Shown piece by piece: positions 55,901 to 64,000 of a DNA stretch of 64,000 nucleotides (the first letter of the stretch is position 1; every line of letters begins with the position of its first letter). A program made the translations under genes and the position numbers. Source of the stretch: Balanoglossus misakiensis (lineage: Eukaryota > Animalia > Hemichordata); assembly GCA_040954595.2 (NCBI GenBank), contig CM082594.2, positions 3,705,319 to 3,769,318 of the forward strand. Direction: 5' to 3'. The notes below the pieces were generated by a model. It made no database searches and was not told the DNA's origin. It was given only the letters and a program-made list of their open reading frames with translations.

Positions 55901-58900
55901 GCTGGTCTGCATTCATTGTTGAATTAAAGAATGGTGTGGTGTGGTGATATCAATAGACGGTGGAAGGGGAGACGAAATGTTGAAATACGCCAGAAAATAT
56001 TTTATGTTTATTTCAATATTTTAAGTCAGTTTTATTGACAAGACTTTGACACAACTCTGTGCTTCTACAAACATGTCTTATAACTTGCATGGACTACAAT
56101 TTTCCAAGTCCGTCGTCTAAATATGTAGGTCACTTTATAACATGCCTTTGTGGCATAGACATGATTATCTGTAAACATTTAAGTGAGCCCACAGGAAAAA
56201 TAACGTTTTTATTTCAAAGCCTTTAAATCTTGGATAATAGCACAACATCCGGGTCAGTAACTCATGACTTATACCGCACCTGTTAAATATTCAATTAGTG
56301 GTTAATAAAAATGATATTGCTAAATGTTGCACAGAACATTCGGATTGCCATTTGTGATATATTTCTGAAATAACTATGCCTTATTTGATGGAAACGTGTT
56401 ACAGATACTGGTCTCATGGAAATCTGAGAATGGCGTGAGGCGTTTGGAAACGTCATATTAATTAAGTACTAATTGGCATATTGACGAACTTGTGTAATTG
56501 GCACAATAACTGGAGAGCAACCGAACAAATTCGACGAAAGCCTGCTACAGAAATTGATCTCAGGAAGATCGTAATGTACTGATAGATATAGGCCTATACA
56601 GTTTAATGTCAATTAGCTTCTTATTTGCATATTTAATTCGTCGACGATTTTAGGGGTATATGTCCTTAATTACGCCACCAAAATTGTTTAAACTCCCAGT
56701 ACCAGATTGTACGGTCTCTGTGGTGGTTCTTATCCACACAATTGTTAAGTCACATGAACATAGCAGTCAGTCCACGTGAGCATATTCAGTCCACATCTAC
56801 CTGGTTCACATAATGCGACACAAAAGCCATACAGGCGGGGCCAGGGAAGTAACAGGTGAATGACTTCACTGAAGAGGTCTAGCTGACTGAGTAGACGACA
56901 TGATAGATATGACACGGTACAGTTACCTTGAATTGCACATTAAGTCAACTCACACGGACATTCGGCTCGCGTATCCATATTGCTTGGCAAGATAAACGTA
57001 TCGGGTTCGATACATGTACCAACACTGAGTTATTGCTATAGCACTAACAGTAAAGGCGGGACAGCTTCGGAGTCTCGGTGACTACGCCAGCTGTGTCTTG
57101 TCATATGTCTCAACTCAAAAAACGTGGTAAATTTTCTGTAGATGTACTCAGTCTGTAGCTGCTGTTTTTTAGTTTAACGGTTAGCCTACACAAAATCCCA
57201 GTCATTGCTCATCCCAAAGATATTTTACATGTACACCACTGTATGTAGTGAACAGTCACCGAATAATAATATTCCTTTCAAGATTTGTCCCCATGTTATA
57301 TGCTATGAGCGTTTGAAGATGAACATCTCACTGGTTTAAATGGGATTTATGGGAAGTATAATGGTTACTTGATCAAATATTATCATTTTGAAAGAGAAGA
57401 CATAATGTATTCAAAACAAACTTACCAAAAATTAAGTATTTTCAATTCGGAGTAGAAGACTAAAGACCATAAGATTTTCATTTCATGAAGCGCCTAATTT
57501 CTTTTAAGATGGTATTCTGTGCACCTTTATTTCCCTCGAGATTTTAATGACGTAAACCGCAGGTGCGACTGTTAACCACACTTTAATGTACATTGACTTT
57601 TATTTGGGACAACTAGGTATTTGGCGGAAGACATAAATTAGGGATTGTTTTTAAAAGGGGTGTTATTTTAAAATCTGAAATCGTACTCTTGAATTATGTT
57701 GTTCCATAAGTAGCTTTCATACAAAGATGCGCGTGCGCATATTCTTTGTATTTTTTTCTGTAAAACAGGGAATCTTAATTGACAACTTCTCACCCTTGAA
57801 ATATTAAGCAAAACAACTGTATAATCTCTTTCCTTAATGATGCTAAGTGTTTGTACAGGATATGCTTCAATTAAGCTGTAGTGTATTTGTAAATCAGATA
57901 TAATTTATAGCCACTGCAGTGGTTGCAAATTGAGGACAACTCATGTAGGCGTATTTGCCACAAACAGGAACAGACCAGTACGGGAGCACTAAGCTAATTA
58001 TTTGATATTCATCTGCACCATCTACTGTATCATTTCACGTGCTAAGTATACTTTCTAACTGGAATTCTGTATTTATCTGGAAAATGGTGGGATCATCATC
58101 ATTATCATCTTTATCGTCATCATCATCACAGAAAAATTAGATAGCCCCAATTCGTTCGGGAGAGTTGAATATTCATGAATTTTAAGTTTGCGAACATAAA
58201 CTGTAATATCTGAACGATTTCTTACACTTCTCTGAGAAACACTGGAATTCCTCTGAGAACTTTGAGATAGTGGGGCATATTAGACTTATTTTTTAAATAT
58301 TTGTTATATTAGACTTTGTTTGGAAGACACTTCATCTCCATGTCTACAAATCGATCAACCTACAATTTTTCTTTACGCAATATGCGCCAATTTGAAATAA
58401 TCATTCACTCGATATACGTTTTTCCCTTCCCGATGTCCTACCGCTATGTCTCCGAAAACATCTTGTCCTTCTCCTTGAAACCAAGTAATGACTAAGTCGT
58501 GATGTGTTAATGGTCCATAGTATAGCGACGGTATATGAAGTAGACGGGACGCCCTTCTCACGTGATCACGACTATCCATACAATGGCGAATTTCTTTTCA
58601 CAACAGCTGATCGCATACATCAATTAAACAGATAGGAAAAATGAAAGTTAATGATTGGGAATCGAAAGGCCAGGAAATTCTACAGGGACTATATATTAAC
58701 ACGGTGATTTTATTTCTGAACAGATGCGGGCATCGGGGCAAGGGGGATTCCTTAAAGGACACTACGATTGGGGACTCCGAGTCCCTGTCGTCATATAATT
58801 ACGCATAATTTACACTAACGGCAAGAAAATTATCATTTGAAAACAAATATCTTGAGCGGTTTCACTCGAGGGATTTGAGTTGACACTCATTTTTTTCACC

Positions 58901-59388
58901 GTTGATGATCAAACTAGCTGATACCCAGGAGTGGTGCTTTCGCTCGGCTCGGGAGGGGGACTCCGACGTAAGAGAATAGAACTTATTACGGCCTGTTGTA
59001 AAATAACTTTCTTTAAGGAGGTGGCACAGTAGTTTATAATTCATGCTAATGGTAATGTGGTCGGCGTGTTGCAGGATGGTCTAGCATATCAATTATGACA
59101 CGGTGTCGCTGCATTTAATGGGAAGTGACGCATGACATATGATTACCCGATAAGAGCGAGCTAATAAATTGAAAAGGCGCGGACGACGTTGCACCGACTG
59201 ACATTAAGACTGGCCTGGACGACAACGCATCAGCACCCAAACCCATGCTCCGCCAAAACTGCTGACTGCGCCGATTCAACCCGACAACCAAGCCCTTGCT
59301 TTTCAGCCATCGAGAAGGCTCCTAGCTGCACGCCACGTCTTCGACAAGAAGTTCGAAACAATTAAAAGACAAACCCAAGTGCCGAACC

Positions 59389-59512
59389 ATGACGAAGTCG
59401 ATTGCAGCATCGTACTGGCTCAGAATTCTTCTTATCAGTGTTTTCGTGGCAGCGCTAGCAGAAGTGGCACTTTCAGCGAAACCATCTAACCTTCAGTGGC
59501 TCTATACTAATG
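59389..59512 (+). CDS. First coding exon of a second neuropeptide precursor (signal peptide + AKPSNLQWLYTN-G)
   Basis: Good start context (gaaccATG); MTKSIAASYWLRILLISVFVAALAEVALS is signal-like, followed by AKPSNLQWLYTN G|gtaggt (phase-1 donor). Shares LxWLY and the phase-1 intron right after the peptide with the gene at 47301. Preceded by a CpG-rich 5' region (59120-59390). Downstream exon(s) unresolved. Confidence 0.7.
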
Positions 59513-62500
59513 GTAGGTGAACACTTAATTGTTACAGACACTGTTTTGAAAGATACGAAGACAGCGGCAAGTTGTCAGGTTGAAGCACCGTTGTTGGCTT
59601 AATTATGAAACATACGCACGTGTTATAACTTTAAGCACAGATAGAAAGGGCATCACCACAATCAAGATGTGACTGACATACACCATCACACACACATGAA
59701 AACACGATCCAAAAACTTGAAAAGTTTACATCATAACACTAAAGCTAAAGCCCTTTTCACCTTTCTGTTGTCAACACCAGCTTCATCATTTCCCACCTGT
59801 AGCACACTAGAGAAGTGACAAACGTTCCATCACTTTGTAGAAAAAATATCAAAACCCCCCAGACTGGACTCCATCCGTATTGTTCTTAGAGCAAACCGGC
59901 GCACGCTTATAATAGTAGATTGCAGGCTTTATTTCGACCTGTCGCGGAACTAAAACATTTTCAGGAAATTTAACAATGTCAGTTAGATTGTTTTCGATAC
60001 AAGCATCAATGTATTCCAATGATTTAACCACTCAGTATCACACTACACTAGCAAAAACTTGTCAAAATTTCGGCTACGATATATAAGTTTATTTTGCAGA
60101 ATGTAGCTGCATATTAAAACATAAGACTCTCTTTATCATGAGATTTGTGGCATAGACCGCATTTCAGCAATCTTTATTTGTTTTGATATGTTTAGCTATG
60201 GTTTAAGTTTGAAATAAACGAAATAATTACGAAAAGATTCATAAAATTTTATGACGATGCTTACACGCTACGATAGGTAGTACAGAGCGGCGGCGTTGGT
60301 AGAAACCTCACAGTTTTTTCATTATCACTGAATTCGACATTCAATTTAAAGCAAAACTTGTACTTCCTGACACAATAATATAGTGCAAATAGTGGACAAT
60401 TTTCAAGCAATTTTTCAGAGTTATTCATTTATTTTTTATGCAAACTAATTTTTGTTACGCGAAAAACTTTTTCGAAATGAAGACTCGTACGAGGTGAGAC
60501 AACGACAGGGCAGATGTCGCATTCAGGTGAACAAAGTTGTACCCCGCGGGAAATCCTTATTCTCCAGCGGTGTTTTGCATGTTGGCCTCATCAATTGAAG
60601 GTCAGACACGAAAAAGGACTACATTTCGTATGCAAAAGAAATTCCCCTTTTGAAAACGCATGTCTTGCGGGCTTCTGTTGTATACGTGCTTGCTGTGATG
60701 TATAGACAGGTTTCTAAGATCATCGATTGTAATAAAGATTGTAAGTATAGGTATGTCGCGGGGGTTGATTGTGTCACATCTAGTATCCCTGATGCTTAAG
60801 GTGTTTTAATGACAAAGCTTAACTTTGAAGTGAAATGTACTCATGTATTTACAATTTTGAGTTAATACTCATGTTTTACGTTCGTGGCACGTTATGAAAC
60901 CAACGCAATAACCAGTTCCTTGAGTAAGGCACAATTAATTTCCTTTCATATGATCTAGTTATTCGATATACATGTATTAGACAAAATTCCACATTTTCAT
61001 ATAAGAAAAAAACAAGATAGATCATCTTATCGACACTGTAATTTAATAAGACACAGGTGAAGAACTTTGATCGTCCTTGTTTGACGTAGAAAACTCGTAA
61101 AAGCAAGAATCCTGTGAAAGTTTTCTGTCAGCGAAATATTCAAATGAAACCTAACATTTGATGTTAAGAAGAACGGACAAGAATAACGTTTAAAAGTTGT
61201 GGTAGTTTTAAAAAGCCATCTGTCACAAAGGTTGTTTTTATGCAAAATAATGCTGCTATGGTAACATTCGCCTCACAAAAGAACGTGTCTCTGCAGACTA
61301 TTCTGGCAGATTGTACAAGTGTTAGTCTACCACCTGCCGTAACTAAGCAAACGTCTGATTTTTCCGTTAGAGTGTTTCTGCAGTACATACTGTCTAAGTG
61401 GACATTTGTGTAAGCATCTGCTAGATTTGAGTGGTTGTTGTGATATGAATTTAAGTAACTCGATAAAAAATTTCTATAAACTTTCTCCATCTCTCAAGAA
61501 ATCGAGTAGAATTGAGGGCGATCAGTTTCAGAAAAACACGCCTATCGCGTTCATAAATTCTGCCTACGCCAAAATTAGTACAGTGCATGTATTGTTGGTT
61601 TCAAAAAATCATGAAATCGTAAAAGCATTTCAGTTTTGCGAAACCTTGAAAGCATTGGATCAGATATGGATTGAGGGTATCGTCGTTAGAATAGTTGAAC
61701 ACTTTATCACATGCAACTGCACTGAGAGACGCTTCAGTTAGAAATCAGAAGAAACCGTGAGAGTTCGAAGAAAGGGATCTGTGCGTTTCCCCTTAGCCAG
61801 GCAGAGGAATAAGAAGAAAGCCTTTGTCAGCGCAACTTGTGTACGTGTACCAGTGCTATTATAGATGCCAATCAAACATAAGTTCGGACTTCAACTATTT
61901 ATCAGCACATGTGTGCTGTATTGGATAGTGGAGTGCTTGGTGTTTCAACGAGGGCAATATAGACGAAAATGTTGGATGAATATACAGAATAACATACTAA
62001 AAGCTGACCAAGGCCCCTTTAGTAGAATACATGATATGAACTGCACCAAATGAATGCATCGGGCTGTTAAGAAGATAATGAAAATCAATTCATTATCTGC
62101 CGTACCTTCATATTTGATTCAAAGTTTTACTACCAGAGATAAATCCCACCTCACATTACTTAGATGCAGACGTTTAATCGAAGAGCGTGTGCGGCCGCAA
62201 TGCATCGTGGTGATAGAGAAGATTCATCTTCAAGACATCGTCAGTTAAAAAATTGACTAAACCAACGGAGGGGGTGAATGCTCCAAGAGGGTAGTTGATG
62301 ATAACATACCAGCGCTGGGCGTTTTAGTACAACCACACGCTAGCAGCAATTAATTAGAGGACCGCTGGACAAACACAATGCACACACACGAATCATAACC
62401 AATTCCAGCTACCTACACATTCCTCTACAGAATTTCACGGAATTAGAGAATCAATCAATCAAAAAATTGAATTGAAGTTTGACTCATCTTTCTATGAATT

Positions 62501-64000
62501 GAACAAGTAAGCAAGCACGCGTGCGTGCAATAACGACAATGTGACAGCAGATTACCGGTTTCTAAAATTGGCGCGCAGATAGATCTCTGTCAACTGAAAA
62601 TAGATATCGATGCGCAGCTGAGGATAGAGTTAACAAAGGGATCTGTTTGTGTGCCGACTTTTGAATAATACGACAAAAGACCCGGTAGATATTTTCCCGT
62701 CATGCCATCAAGTAATTGCAGATCAGTTACAGATTTTCTTGGTGACGCGGGAAGTCGTAATTTAAGGCATGCGATGCAAAACTAGAAATTCTGAAGTTTC
62801 GACCATGGTTATCAGACTGTTCGGTTGTGCAATAGCAATGTCAGGAAATATATAAATTGTCAGAAATTGAACAACTAAATACATTTGGAAGTATGTTGTG
62901 ATTATGATCTTTACAATTGATACAATGGAAAAATATGTCTTCCTATATAAATTGCCTAGCCACGCGAAATCTCGCAGGATCTCGTGGAGTTCGGAAAATG
63001 GTCTATATAATGAATGGTTTATTTGGGATTAACACAAAGATTTGATATAACCTATTGCCTTTGTACGTGGAGTGAAAATTTCCGAAAGCAATGATAAAGA
63101 TACAGTGCTTTTCGAGATTATACCAAAAATGAACGCATTTATGTCAACACGAAGATCTTTAAAAAACCGGAAAAGTAAGTTGGAAAAGGATTACATGCAT
63201 ACTGAATACTGTTCGGTTGACCGGATATAATGAGGTCAACACGGCATTTCACTCACAGGATAATTTCACTGAAGTATCATCGAGATTCGACAAAAGCTTT
63301 CTGATTGCCTCTATCTAGTGTACACGATTGTAAAGTTGGAAAAACGATGGCCCATCGCATTACTTTTCAAATGTAAATTATTAAATAGAGCTAAATAGAG
63401 CGGCATAAAATCCACAAAAAGGACCCGCTGAAAGAGCGAACGGGGAATTTATTACCTGATTTTAAAGGTAAATGAAACCCCACGCGTATTTTAATCTATT
63501 ATGAGGTTTACATGAGTTTAAGGCATTGGAGAGAGTGGCAACTGTTTATTCTCCTCGATTAGCAGTCTTCCCTGAGTATTGAAGAATTAAAAAAATAACA
63601 GACATATATCCACGCGTTGGGAGGACGTTTGATGTACACATTGTGTTAACAGCGGCTTACTTTGGCTCTTGTTTATTTATTAGGTCCGTAAAACTATATT
63701 GAACTATAGGGGTTTGATATAAGACTCCTATTACAGAGCTATTAACCTCTCCTCGGGCATCTCATCTCATTGCACATAGACAGGTTTATTTCCGGAGGTA
63801 ATATAGGCATCGCGGCGGAGTCTGTAAAACCCCCGCATTACCAGTGCTATCACGGATATCTTACATTTGTATACCTTACATTGCGTAGGGTCGAGAATGG
63901 GGCGGTGAATCTGATGCGGAGGCATTCTTATTCGATGGGAACATTGAGCGTTTGTGTGCAAGTCCTTCAACAAAGATGCAGCCCCTTGTGTTTTGCGATA

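Noticed and set aside
59476-59512. Assignment of WLYTN-amide to corazonin or NG peptides
   Set aside because: Only TN-G/NG is shared; the corazonin FxYSxGW pattern and the NGF motif are absent.

Overview
Eukaryotic (metazoan) genomic DNA: AT-rich, with spliceosomal introns and long tetranucleotide microsatellites. The ANKRD34 orthologue and repeat style suggest an invertebrate deuterostome such as a hemichordate (inference only). Supported genes: (1) an intronless ANKRD34-family CDS (22921-24675, +); (2) a hand-assembled 17-exon type I membrane protein with signal peptide, 6 TSP1 repeats, 2 Ig domains, TM and an acidic Tyr/Ser tail (28464-40533, +, 682 aa), including two 15-nt micro-exons and a probable GC-AG intron; (3) a 4-exon neuropeptide-precursor-like gene (47301-44591, -, 132 aa) encoding ...QTLSLHWLYGQL-G-KR; (4) the first coding exon of a divergently transcribed related precursor (59389-59512, +) encoding signal peptide + AKPSNLQWLYTN-G, missed by the ORF track. 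The main candidate for novelty is this head-to-head pair of LxWLY amidated-peptide genes, the first of which resembles the GRP/bombesin core HWxxGxL. Also notable: a possible third secreted-peptide exon with a 39-bp triplication (7228-7406, -) and a 138-nt intronic hairpin whose mismatches form G.A pairs on one strand only. All exon models were assembled by eye and need transcript support.
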